Positions 13,949-39,024 of a stretch of DNA of 64,000 nucleotides are shown here, in pieces (positions within the stretch are counted from its first letter, which is position 1; every line of letters starts with the position of its first letter). Location: NCBI RefSeq assembly GCF_009914755.1, contig NC_060947.1; one strand, written 5' to 3'. The position numbers and the translations under genes are program-made. This stretch comes from the human T2T-CHM13v2.0 reference genome, Homo sapiens. Below the pieces are notes generated by a model. It was not told the origin of the DNA, ran no database searches, and was given only the letters and a program-made list of their open reading frames with translations.

Positions 13949-14573
13949 TGGAGTCCTCAGGAAGGGCTGATGGGTACATAATTTCCTAAGTTCCTGTCTG
14001 TTTTTCTATAAGCTGTGATATTAGTGAAGGATCGGCTGAGCTGGATATCAAATCAGTACTTCAGACGTTTTTCTCAGCCCATTTCTGAGTTTAGAGTTTT
14101 AAGTAATATTCTAATTCAAGGCAGGTTTTATATCCTCAAATGCTTGTTTGAATGGAATTAATTCTGTTTGCAGGGTTGACGTACAGTTTCCTTCTGTTTC
14201 ATGGTTGTTTAATATGTGTGAAATTTTGTCTTCTGCTCTTTTTCTCTTTCTGGAATGTTTTTGTAAGGAATTATCCTTCCTTTTGTTCATTTTTATGATA
14301 TTGGATTGTTTTACCAGATTCCTATTTTACAGGTGCTATTTTCTGTCAGTGTAGAAAAATTCAGGCCTGAAATTTACTGATTTCGTTTGCTTGTTTTGGT
14401 AGCGGACAAAGAAGTTATGAGTGCTCTGATTCTGTGGTTCTCTTATGTCTTGCAAGATTCTTCATTTTCCCCTTTTGTTTCTTTTCCCCATCATTACCAA
14501 AGTGGCAAAGCATGCTTCTCCCTTTCTGTTTGCCCTTACTCTTACCCAGAAGCTGTGGATTTCAAAGGCTACT

Positions 14574-14880
<307 letters not shown>

Positions 14881-15377
14881 AAGACTACATTCTAAGATCA
14901 TCTCTACCCCTTTAAATTACACGTATTTTAGAGGTCCTTCCCTGTAGTCCCTGCTCTTATTATCTGGGACACCTTTTTGGTATTTTTTTAGACTTAGTCT
15001 GGGCTCAGTCATTTTAACTGTAGTTTCGGACCAACTTTAAGTCCCTTGCCTCTTCCTTTCTCTGTGTCTCTTGCAGCTTTTCTTGGTCTGTCTTTGCTTG
15101 CCACAAAGACTAGTGATGAGAGCATGACAGATCTTGTGCTGGGATTTCATGCCTTTTCTCCTTTTACTCACTACTAAAGATTTGGCATTATCTGTTTCTA
15201 AGTAACGATGAGGATGTGGCTTCTGTATAGATTTACATCTTCCTTTCTGATTGGTTTATATCCTTTTGACATGAAACATTGGGAGGCAGGTGCCTGGGTG
15301 GTCGACATTGCCTTATGCTGACTTACAGCTGATTTCAAATGGCATTTTATCTTATCTAAATACATATGTGTGTGTAT

Positions 15378-15398
15378 ACACACACAGACAGACAGACA

Positions 15399-15437
<39 letters not shown>

Positions 15438-15460
15438 AACACAGACATTTATACACACAT
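15378..15460. repeat. (CA)n microsatellite
   Basis: Direct reading; pure run about 15400-15436. Confidence 0.95.
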
Positions 15461-15626
15461 ACAAGTCTATTTGTATTCCATGTCTATAGTAGAGGTCTCT
15501 TGAAGTGGTCGTTTGATTTACCATATATTTGTTCAATACATATTTCATTTATTGCTATCTTTGGTGGCAGGCAAGAGACTGTGAAAATCTTCTCAGGATT
15601 TGTTAATGTTCCTCACCCTAAAGCAG

Positions 15627-18368
15627 GTTCATGTCAATGGACCAAAAGGTGCCAGCCACACTGCTAGAGCTCGCTGCATGGAGTCTGCTGAGTGATGAGC
15701 CTGCAGCTATCCATGCTCTTGAGGAGCTCCCATGAGACCTCTTTGTTCCATTGTTCATCACTGCCTTCTTGGGTGGGCAGAAGATGAAACTAAAGGCCAT
15801 GGTGAGGATTTGGCCCTCCCGTTGTCTCCATGTTGGACCGTTGAGTGTAAGGGAGTCACACTATGAAATCTTGGGAGCCACGATTGATGGTCCTGCAGAT
15901 CCTCCCTGCCCAGAGCTCTTCCCCTCGGTAACCCTATGTACACTAGAGACATAGTGAGTCATCAGGAGGGTATGCTGCAGCCTGAGGCAGGGGGTGGCCT
16001 AACAGTCTCCCAAAGGTGGTTGACGGTGAATGCTGAGGATCTCTGTGAGGTTGTTGGTCCAACACTTGGGGTCACCTTAAGGACTCTAATGTCTTACAGA
16101 GGTGATTATGGAATAGAGGTGATTGAGAGTACTATTGATGGATTCACCTACTGGGTATGATTACATAGAAGAACAACATGGACACCAGACTGGGGAGGAT
16201 CGGAGGAGAAGGAAGGATGGGAAAAACAATAAAAGATGTTGAGTTTGTACAAAAAAATATTTGTTGGTAGATTGTTTACAGAGTGAAGAGCAAAGATAAA
16301 GGGTTTGCCCCTCCTTCCCCTCATTGATGTTGCTGGGTTATATTAAAATCAGCCACCTTTCATATTCTGTCTCTTCCTCTTCCTGCAGACGGCCAAAACG
16401 GAGGGTCCTGGATTTAAAGCAGGACCCAGACAGCAGAACCACATGCTCTGAGATCAGGAGCACATTCCCATTTTGTTTTCAGTCTTGCGTTTACTCTCAG
16501 CACTCTATCCTGAAAATAGAAGAAGCCAAGCGAAGTGTTAGGTGCCTGGAAATTGTACATTTAGAGTCTGAGTCTCGGCCCATCCAGGGAACGCATGGGA
16601 TTGTTAGTGGACATTTCCCTTGATGGTACCTTGAGAACAAGGCAACTCTTTTCTTTCCTTTCGAGTAAAGTTGAGCAGAGCCTTGGGTCCTTGCATCTCT
16701 GCTGCAGAGATTTGCAAATTCATCAAGTGTCTGCCCACAAAAGCGTCCTGTAGTTTCTGGATCTGGGATGCACTGATCACCTGGAAGTAGGTCAGGCTTG
16801 TTTGAGTGAAGTCAGCACCCTTTTGGCACAGAAGATCCACCAGGACAGACTTAGTCTATCTAAAATCCTTTTAAAATCCTGTAAGGGGAGAAACTTCTCA
16901 ACTTTTTTCACTCATCATGAGCAGATGAACAACCTCCAGGAACTCAGCTTGTCTTGCTTCTGCCTCACAGATCAGCTGGACAAAATTTCCGGGTGAGAGG
17001 TTGGGGAGGGACCTGGGTTCCCTGAATGCCCCATTACGAACAAAAGAGTGCGACTATTCTTAGATATTCTTAAACACTTTGTAACCTATTTCTCCTTCCA
17101 CATCAGCACGGGCACTGCTGGGTGTTTTAAACTGGCCAAGCTAGAGAGTGTGGTCCCTCATGCTGAGGAGAAAGACAGGATTAGAAAAGTCAGCTGTGCC
17201 CAGTCAGTCAGTCAGTCAGTCAGTCAATCAACCATGTGCAGACGTGCAGACACTAAGATAAGTCTGTCGACATATTGGCGAAAAAGACAACAGTCCTGCT
17301 TTTATTGGAGTGTGTAGCCTTCTAGAGAGGAAGGGGAGGCATTCAGTCGGAGAAATAACTGACGCTGTAGCACTGATGCACATCCCCATGGGCTGGTCAC
17401 AATAGGTAATACCGCCAGATCGTTTTGTTCCTGTAGTTTTCCCGAGGCTTAGGACCTGAATGGAGAACCTGTCATTTGGAAATTCGTCAAAGGGAATTCT
17501 CAGTCGGCTGCTTTCCCAGACCCATCCCCATCAAATAACTGAACTAGATACACTGCTAATTATACTGTAGGCACTAAGTTAAATTCTTTTTCCCTTAATC
17601 TGTCCCACAACCCTCTATAATAATTGCTATTGTGCACATTTGAAAGATTAAAAAACTGTATCTCAGCGTGGAAAAGTAACTTTCTTAGGGTCACAAATCT
17701 ATTAAGTCTGACTGTAAAGTCCACAGTGTTAACTGCTGTTGCAATGGATATACAGATTACTTTATTCTAGAGTCATAAGTATCTATAATTCAGGGCTGCT
17801 TGCTCTAATCCAACCCTCATTCTTCAGAAATGCCTTCCTTTTTTCTCTCTACAGAGCCCTGCCATCTCATTTGTACACACTGTATGTGTCTTTCTGTGGA
17901 CTTTCTACCAGAGAGACATCACTGTCCTATCCCAGAGCTCTGAGGTTACCCACCTAAGACTGTTGAGTCTGAGTAACAATCAGATATCCTGGGAAGTTTC
18001 TGAGCCATTCCAGGCTCTGCTGGAGACGGTCTCAGGGACCCTGCAGCATCTGGAGATAGACAACTGCCTGATAACTGATTCTACTTTCTCTGTTGTCATC
18101 CCAGCCCTGAGCCACTGTTCCCACCTCTGTGTCCCTAGCTTTGTCTTCAACCCCATTACAATGCCTGTGCTCACGAGTCTTCTGCAGCACTTAACAGCGT
18201 TGATGGAGCTGAAGCATGTGATTTATCCTGTCCCTGTCCATTGCTATGAACAATGGCAATCACATGGCAGTTTGGACATACAAGCTTGCTAAAGTGCAGG
18301 CCTCATTGAAGGTGATGCTGCAGGCAGTACCACAGAACGACATGAACTAGACCACCCATTCTCAGTGA
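15627..18368 (+). pseudogene. Unprocessed PRAME/LRRC14-family leucine-rich-repeat pseudogene, 3 coding exons (15627-15927, 16389-16992, 17855-about 18368)
   Basis: Exon A: MSMDQKVPATLLELAAWSLLSDEPAAIHALEELP*DLFVPLFITAF...KAMVRIWP (cf. PRAME [39 protein letters not shown]...KAMVQAWP). Exon B: RPKRRVLDLK...GSLHLCCRDLQI...LQELSLSCFCLTDQLDKI. Exon C: FQALLETVSGTLQHLEIDNCLITDS...IPALSHCSHL...IYPVPVHCYE. Both introns are canonical GT-AG and phase 2 after frame correction. Stops at 15733 and 16751; frameshifts near 15892, 16580, 17910 and 18281. Confidence 0.93.
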
Positions 18369-19151
18369 TCTTCACAGGACAAGGAGTTGTTTCATCACTG
18401 ATGTGTGGCCACTAAAATACTGAGTGTTCTTGCCTGAAGCCCAATTTGTAAAGACACATAATGTGCCATTCTGCTATTCCAGGAAACTGGTGTTAGGAAG
18501 ATTGGATATGTAACTGACCTCCATAAAAGAAAAACTCTAAGAAGGAAACAGCAGACTTTACGAAGTCTTGTGGGTCTCTTGCCCATTGTCCTCTACGTCC
18601 TCCTTCTTGTTACTGACCACAGTGTTGGGTACGTGACATGGGCTGACCCAGTCGTGGCACACCATTTCCCTGTCCACACTGATCGGTTCACTTATGGGTA
18701 CTTGACGCAAGTCAGGACAGTTGAAACCTTTCCTGGATGTTTTTCTGGAGTAGGTGCTGGTTACTGAAGCCAATAATATTACTCACTGAGGTCCTTTAAT
18801 CTTCCTGTATTCATGATTGCCTTAGGTTGCTTATGACAAACCATTGGCAATTAAAATGAAAAACAAGAACAACAAGAAACAAACTATCCCCACTACCTAC
18901 TGGTGTCTTTATCAGTATATTGCTATCTCCTTTCCTAGGTCTCAGAAGCCTGGGGTTCAGTTTGCCCTTATTTCACACAGATTCACCAAAGATCTGTTAT
19001 TAGCTAGGTACTGTTCCTGGTGCTAAGAATGAATAGGCAAACAAGACCCTACACCAAGTCACTCACAGTACAGATCTTCCTATGTTTTGTCTGTTTCCCC
19101 GCTCTTTTCTTAGGGGATTTGGGAAAGTTATTTTGCCCATCTATGGCCCAG

Positions 19152-19153
<2 letters not shown>

Positions 19154-19212
<59 letters not shown>
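19154..19212. repeat. Pure poly(T) of 59 nt
   Basis: Direct reading. Confidence 0.95.
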
Positions 19213-19215
<3 letters not shown>

Positions 19216-19469
19216 TTGCCCCTTGCATACTCTGCTCAATCCACATTGGCCTCTTTATGCTGTTGGATAGCTCATCAAGACTCAGGCCGTAGCTTAGATG
19301 TTACGTCCTCCGAGAGGTTTTTCTCTTACTTCCCTCTCCTTACTTACCCCACTTCTCTCCCATTACTTCCCTTACTTCACCATGCTGTTTTTAAATGTAC
19401 CATGTACATTTCCTTCATGGTACACATCATTCCATATGTATTTGCTCCCTCTGCTCCTCCCCTAGAGTT

Positions 19470-19655
19470 GCACTATTCAGTATAGTAAACACTAGCCACA
19501 TGTGGCTACTGAGCACTAGAAATTTGGCTACTCCAAAATGTGATGTACGATAACTGTAAAACGCACACGGTATATTCAAGACTTAGTGAGAAACAAAAAA
19601 TGTAGAATAACTAACTAATAACTTATTTGTATTGTTTACGTGTTGAAATGATAAG
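19470..19655. mobile_element. MER33-like hAT-Charlie fragment
   Basis: cactagccacatgtggctactgagcactagaaatttggcta...ttcaagacttagt. Confidence 0.7.
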
Positions 19656-19998
19656 TTACTGCAGGTCAAAGACAGTAAAAAAAGAAGACAGAGTACTAAT
19701 GTGTTTATATTGTTCAACATGTTGAAATGATAGCACTGCGGCAAAGACAATCACTCTCAGCATTCCTATTGAATACCTCCTTGGAAGACCCAACCGGTAC
19801 AATAAAGCAAAGGAAAGCACTAAAAGGCACACAGATTGGAAATGAAGTCATGAAAAAGTGTCCCTATTTACTGACATGGTGGCTATGTATAAAATTTCTG
19901 GGAATTTATGAAAAACCTCCTAGAACTAATGAGTGAGTGTGCCTAGGTTGCCGTATACCAGGTCAATATTAAAAGTAGGTCAACTCTATTTTTATATA

Positions 19999-20760
19999 CA
20001 GTCCTCCCTTTGCACAGTTCTGATATGCACTAAGGTCATTCACCGTGATTTAGTTAAATAACACTAGTCCCTTCACAGTATGGGTCAAATTTCAGTTACC
20101 ATGGTAAACTAACTGTCAGTAACTACATAAAGACCAAACATTGCTGCTGGTTCTTCAGTCCACAAATCGCTACTGAAATAACAGATGAGAATCATGATCA
20201 GTGGCCAGTCATGTCACTTCTTTCAAATTCTGTTTGTGTCGCTCCACAAATCACTATTTAAATAATAGATGAGCATCAGGATCAGTGACCAGTCATGTCA
20301 CTTTTCTTTTAAAATCTAATCATGTTTGGTCACTGAGTATCTATTATTTATTTCATGCATCAACAGCAAAGAATGAAGCTGAGTTTCCTCCTTGTCTCCC
20401 AGTGAACTACTCATATGACATTTTACCAAAGAACTGGATAGTTTAAAAAGGTAATTGGCCAACAAAGACAGAAACATGCAAACAAATGACAAGAAATAAT
20501 GCTGGAAGTGGAAATTGCAAAACGGTTTTGATGGAAAGGATTAAGATATCCCAGTGAAAGTGACACTTGCAAAAAACTTTACACTACAGGATTCCTTGGA
20601 GATATTCATGACACAGAAAGAACAAAGAATAAAGTTGTGGAAGCTGATCAACACTCAAAACTGAGAAACAAAATTTGCCAAGTCACGGGAAAAAATGTCT
20701 ACTCCATATCACAATTAATAAGATGAGAAGAAGGCAAGAACTGTTCATACTACTCTTTTT
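19999..20760 (+). mobile_element. TcMar-Tigger DNA transposon (Tigger8-like)
   Basis: TA|cagtcctccctttgcacagttctgatatgcac terminus followed by a decayed transposase-start-like segment (ggaagtggaaatt). Confidence 0.6.
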
Positions 20761-21111
20761 TTTTCCATGAGAAATTCTGGATTTAATTTTATTTGGAATG
20801 TCACCAACTTCTCTGGCATAACATATGGTATAATTATTTTTAGAATGTGATTACTTTATGAATATTTGAAGACATTTTTATGTTTTGAGCACTTTTCTGA
20901 AACAATAGCTTCTGTTTTAGTGCATAGTAGTGGACAAGGCCAGAATTGATGTTTTTCTGTAACATTAAGCTAGTAATGGTAGAAGCAGTTAGATAAATTC
21001 AAGTCCCTTGACTCCAGTCACAAGACTTCCTCTAAATTATTGTGACTTTGTAAAATATTCTTAATTTGAATTTTTTTTTTATTAATCCAATAGTTATTTA
21101 CATTGATCTTA

Positions 21112-21435
<324 letters not shown>

Positions 21436-21512
21436 AAAATTGTATGTGGCTACTTATTGTTAATTTCACTTTCATTGACATTTCTACTTTCACTTCACAG
21501 TGCTTTAAAAAT

Positions 21513-26069
<4,557 letters not shown>

Positions 26070-26159
26070 TGACCTGTTGGATTTCTACTTTGATGAAGTT
26101 AATGTCATTTTTAGGCCTAAAACTTTTTCTTTTTTAAAAAAATCTTCAGGTGTTTTTAA

Positions 26160-27580
26160 ATTTTATTTCATTTTGTTTTAAGTTCCAGGATACATGTGCA
26201 TGACGTGCAGGTTTGTTATATAGACAAACGTGTGTCGTGGTTTGCTGCACCTATCAGCCCATCACCTAGGAATTAAGCCCCGCATGCATTAGCTATTTAT
26301 TCTGATGTTCTCCCTCCCCCGGTGCCCCCGACCAGGCCCCACTGTGTGTTGTTCCCCTCCCTGTGTCCATGTGTTCTCGATGTTCAGCTACCCCTTTTAA
26401 GTGAGAACATGTGGTGTTTGGTTTTCTGTTCCTGCATTAGTTTGCTGAGGATAATGGTTTCCAGCTCCATCCATGTCCCTGCAAAGGAAATGATCTTGTT
26501 CCTTTTTGTGGCTACATAGTATTCCGTGGTGTATATGTACCGCATTTTCTGTATCCATTCTATTATTGAAGGCCATTTGGGTTGATTCATTGCCTTTGGT
26601 ATTGTGAATAGGGCAGCAATGAACATATGCATGCATATATATTTATAATGGTATGATTTATATTCCTTTGGGTATATACCCAGTAATGGGATTGTTGGTT
26701 CAAATGATATTTCTGTTTCTAGGTCTTTGAGGAATCACCACACTGTCTTCCACAATGGTGGAGCTGACTTACACTCCCACCAACAGTTTAAAAGCAATCC
26801 TATTTCTCCACAGCCTCGCCAGCATCTTTTGTTTCGTGACTTTATAAAAACCGCCATTCTGACTGGTGTGAGATAGTACCTCACAGTGGTTTTGACTTTT
26901 ATTTGTCTAATGATCAGTGATGTTGAGCTTTTTTTTATATGTTTGTTGGCCGCATAAATATCTTCTTTTGAAAAGTGTTTGTTCATGTTCTTTGCCCACT
27001 TTTTAATGGGGTTGTTTGTTTTTTCTTGTAAATTTGTTTAAGTTCCTTGTAGATTCTGGATATTAGACCTTTGTCAGATGGATAGACTGCAAAAATTTCC
27101 ACCCACTCTGTAGGTTGTCTGTTCACTCTGATGATAGTTTCTTTTGCTCTGCAGAAGCTCTTTAGTTTCATTAGATCCCCTTTGTCAATTTTTGCTTTTG
27201 TTGCAATTGCTTTTGATGTTTTTGTCATGAAGTCTTTGCCCGTGCCTGTGTCCTGAATGGTATTGCCTAGATTTTCTTCTAGGATTTTTATAGTTTTGGG
27301 TTTTACATTTAAGTGTTTAATCCGTCTTGAGTTAATTTTGGTATAAAGTGTAAGGAAGGGGTCTGGTTTCAGTTTACTACAGGGGTCTGGTTTCAGTTTA
27401 CTACATATGGCTAGCCAGTTCTCCAAGCACCATTTATTAAATAGGGAATCCTTACCACATTGCTTCTTTCTGTTAGGTTTGTCAAGGGTCAGATGGCTGT
27501 AGATGTGCAGTCTTATTTATGAGATCTCTATTCTGTTCCATTGGTCTATATGTCTGTTTTTGTACCGGTACCTTGCTGTT
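26160..27580 (-). mobile_element. Older L1PA (about PA8-PA10) 3' 1.4 kb
   Basis: Antisense 3' UTR and ORF2 C-terminus; ORFs 26983-27426 and 26735-26986 are L1 ORF2-like. Confidence 0.9.
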
Positions 27581-27584
27581 TCAC

Positions 27585-28210
27585 TGTCAAGTGCTGGAAA
27601 AAGAACAAAAGGAACTGTCTCTCATTGTCGATGGAAGTATAAAATGGCCAAGACACTTTGAAAAACAATTTGGCAGGTTTGCATGAAGTTAAAGGTACAC
27701 TTATACAGCAATCGCACTCCAGGGTATTTACCCAAGAGAAGTGAAATCCTTCTTCCCAGGAAACCTTCCAGCAAAACGTTCTTAATTGCTAAAAACTGGA
27801 AACATCTCAAATGCCCATCAACTGGGGAATGGATAAACAAATTGTGGTATGTACCTACACTGGAAGACTACTCGACAACAAGACAGTTCTAAGTACTGAT
27901 AACATAATATGCGTGCCACAGAATGGATGACTCTCAAAATACATTATGCTAAGTGAAAGAAGACATACTCAAAAGACTACATACAATGCCATTTCTTTGG
28001 CTTTATAGAAAAGGGAAAACTAGAGAGAGAACAAATCAATCAGTGGTTCTCTTGGGCTATAGAAGATCAACTTTAAAAGGGCATGAGGGCACTTTATGGA
28101 GGTTTGGACATGTCCTAGATCTTCATTCTTGGGTTGATCACATGGTTGCATGCTTTTGTCAAAATGCACAGAATGGTGGACTGAAAAGGGGAGAATGTTA
28201 TACTATGTCT
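27585..28210 (+). mobile_element. Old L1M 3' region
   Basis: aactggaaacatctcaaatgcccatcaactggggaatggataaacaaattgtggtat. Confidence 0.8.
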
Positions 28211-28805
28211 CAAAACTCGGCACCTTGATTGTTATTTTGTAACCTGCCTTTCTCCCCACTGTGTCCTGAATCAGCAAAAACTCTATCGGTTCTAGGGCGT
28301 GATTCCTGCTGTAATCCCCAACTCTGACAGACTGTCATCCCTGTATTCCTGATTCTGACCTGGTTTGCCTCTGATTTGGAAGATATGCTTTCTCAGATCC
28401 TCTGCCACTCTTACTCATTAACCTTACTCAGAGCCTCCTGAAACTCACTCAGTGCAATACAAAGGAGGGATCCACAGCTGCACAGAAGGTGGTTGTCAGT
28501 TTCTGGCTTTTCCATGATTCTTCTGAGATGTGTTGACTAGGAGTCCCTGGGCTTCATCCATAGATTCATTCTTTCACCAAATATGTGTTGAACATTTTCC
28601 ATATGCGGTGGATTCTGTCATCATTTCCTGTTTATTCTCCACTGCCTAACCCAGAACCAGATGTTCACGATGTCCAGTTAACAAACGCTTCTGGAGCACA
28701 TATGATGCTCTAAGCCCTGTGCCTGGCACCAGAAAGACAGATAAATTGGAAAAGACCATCTTTGTCATCTCTAGCGTCACATGCCCTCCGTGGTGGACAT
28801 AAAGA

Positions 28806-29358
28806 TCTATTAAGCATGTCTTTTATTTTCTGTGTCGTGATGCTTTGACATCCTGGGCCTTGCTGACCCTGGAAGGCTTGCTCCTCCCAGGCCTGGTAAG
28901 GCAATTCTTAGAAATAGTAAACACCTTGCCCTGGAGCGTGCTTTTCAAATGCAAACAAATCAACGGGGATACAATACCTCCCAACCATGTCCTATATAGG
29001 GCTCTCACACCCTGGGTCACTATCCACCTGCCCTAATCACCCCAAGGCCAGGTACCAGGCAACTAGGGACAGCCCCTATGCCCCAAGGCTGCTTAAATTA
29101 TTCAGACTAGCCAATCCTAAACTGGTTACTCTCCCTTGCCTGTTCCTTCCCACAGAGGCAGAGACAACAACAAATGCTCTGGCTTGCAGTTCTCCTGTCT
29201 CCCTCTGGCCCGGACCAACCATGGTGCTTCGCCATGAGATTTCCCATGTCTGGGCATCCTTTCTTCTCTTCGGAACTGTGACTAACAATCTGTCTCTCCA
29301 AGGCAGTCATTTCCTGATCTGTTTCAAATGTTCTACTAATCCACTCTATTTTAAAACA
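28806..29358 (+). mobile_element. ERVL solo LTR, MER74-like
   Basis: tattaagcatgtcttttattttctgtg...gctttgacatcctgggccttgctgaccctgga...; ends ttttaaaaca. Confidence 0.75.
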
Positions 29359-29399
29359 CTCTCAGATTCCCCTTTAGGATGTTTTCCTCGCTCTGCTGG

Positions 29400-31050
29400 G
29401 AGTGCTGTCCACAGACAGCCTTCAGCTACCAGCTTCCTTGGAGAGCACCTTGGCTCCGGAGAGCCTCCTTGTTTTTCCAGTGGCCCACATTCAGTGACTG
29501 GTGGAGGCAGGAGTATAAAATCAGACATTTTTAATCAACGTAAGAAAACCCCAAGGGTCATTTTTAGCTTCAGAGTACCCCATGGAGCTGGCTGAGGGTA
29601 ATGAGACCTCATAGTAGCTCATTTCCTTCCTTTTCCAAATTCTGTGTTCTGACTGTGCTCTCCACAGGTACTCATCCCATATGTACTCTCACATAAACAT
29701 CCTGCACAATAAAATCAGTCACACAGACTATCTGTTGCAGTGCTTCAAGCATTTGAAAAATATGGTGGAGATTGTAATGGATAAATAAGATTCTATGGCT
29801 ACTACTAAGCTCAACTGACACTCTAGAAGAAGACAAAGAAATCAGAGAGAAATTATTATGCACTTGAAAGCCGACTGCGAAAGCCACAGGGCTTCCTTGG
29901 GATTATACGGAGACTTTCAACTCCTGGCACAGGATGGCAGAGAAAGCTTGTGATTTAATAATCATAGAAGTAAACCTCCAAAGAAGGTTAAATTTCCACC
30001 CAAAGTAGGACCGTTTCTCCAGGTTCATGGCTCGCACTGGGCAAAATTGAGACCCATAATGTAGTTTGGAATGAGACCTCTAGAAACCTGAATTTCCACA
30101 AATCTGAGGAATCTCTTGAACTGCAGAAGTGAGCTACTCCTTCTTATCATGAGCTAGCATTTCTTCTTGCGTGAAGAAAATGCACAGGTTTCTCTCTCAA
30201 GTCAACATATCATCCCCTCAGGATGTACCTCCCAAACATCCCCTTGCCATAGGCCATAACTAGGGTTAAATCACAGTAAGAGAAGAAAGTACAGAAGTAG
30301 GCGCACAGATAGAAATGGAGATGACAAGACCCTGAAACTATAGAAGGCAGGTGTCAGCATTTGACTGTCAGCAGCCAGGTGGATTGAATTACTGTAATGA
30401 GCCCCAAGGAAACCTGACAACAGAGAGCTATGGAAATCGTTAACAGAATGTGTTGCCACCTTACTCCTGAGTAAAACAGAGTACTTCTCAACATGTGCCA
30501 TCAGAAGAAATCAAGACTGATGACAGGTATACTGAAGAGTTTCGCAGCCCTTCCAACCCCTGCCACAGGAAACTCGGGATCCTTTGTTCAATTCCTGGAC
30601 CTGAATCAATTTTTTACATCTGGAACTTTTTGACTGAAAAGGAGGTTGGGTACCCAGGCAGAGAAGGTCTGTGCAGCACCACAGCCTGTGGACACAGTAA
30701 TGATTCACCCAGACCTCCCCTCAAGAGGCATCCATCCGTTGATTCACGTCACCATGAACTGTGGAAAGGAAAATGCCCAGGTATCTTGAGAAATGTCAAG
30801 CATGGAGTAGGAGATGACACTGATACCCCAAAAGTCATTGTGGCACCCTGTTAGAAAGGGGGCATGTGCGGGCCAGGTAGTAAATAGAGTTCTGACCAAG
30901 ATCTACTAGTGAGTTCGCAGTTTCTGCAGACCTAATTGGAATTCATTTACTGGCTTGCAAATGTGTAACTCGGATATACATATAGGGACATATTTGTGGA
31001 CCACCCACACTGGTCAGTTGCCTGTGGTCTAAGATCCATCATAATTGGAA
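29400..31050 (+). mobile_element. Decayed ERVL LTR (LTR33-like) and internal gag/protease remnants
   Basis: cataaacatcctgcacaataaaatc LTR end; internal motifs gaaagccacagggcttcc and gacactgatacc...ggccaggtagtaaatagagtt resemble ERVL/ERV3-16A3 internal sequence. Confidence 0.55.
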
Positions 31051-31091
31051 GGGGCCAGTGAAGATGATGACAACAACGACGATGATGACTA

Positions 31092-31219
31092 CTTCTTCTT
31101 TCTTCTTCTTCTTCTTCTTCTTCCTCTTCCTCTTCCTCTTCTTCCTTCTTCTTCTTCTTCTTCTTCTTCTTCTTCTTCTTCTTCTTCTTCTTCTTCTTCT
31201 TCTTCTTCTTTCTTCTTCT
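31092..31219. repeat. (CTT)n / (GAA)n triplet tract; pure (CTT)22 at 31145-31210
   Basis: Direct reading; preceded by (GAT/GAC/AAC)n triplets from about 31060. Confidence 0.97.
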
Positions 31220-39020
<7,801 letters not shown>

Positions 39021-39024
39021 TGTT

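Noticed and set aside
28987-29595. 202-aa ORF
   Set aside because: Runs through a MER74-like LTR into a second LTR remnant; no protein similarity recognised.
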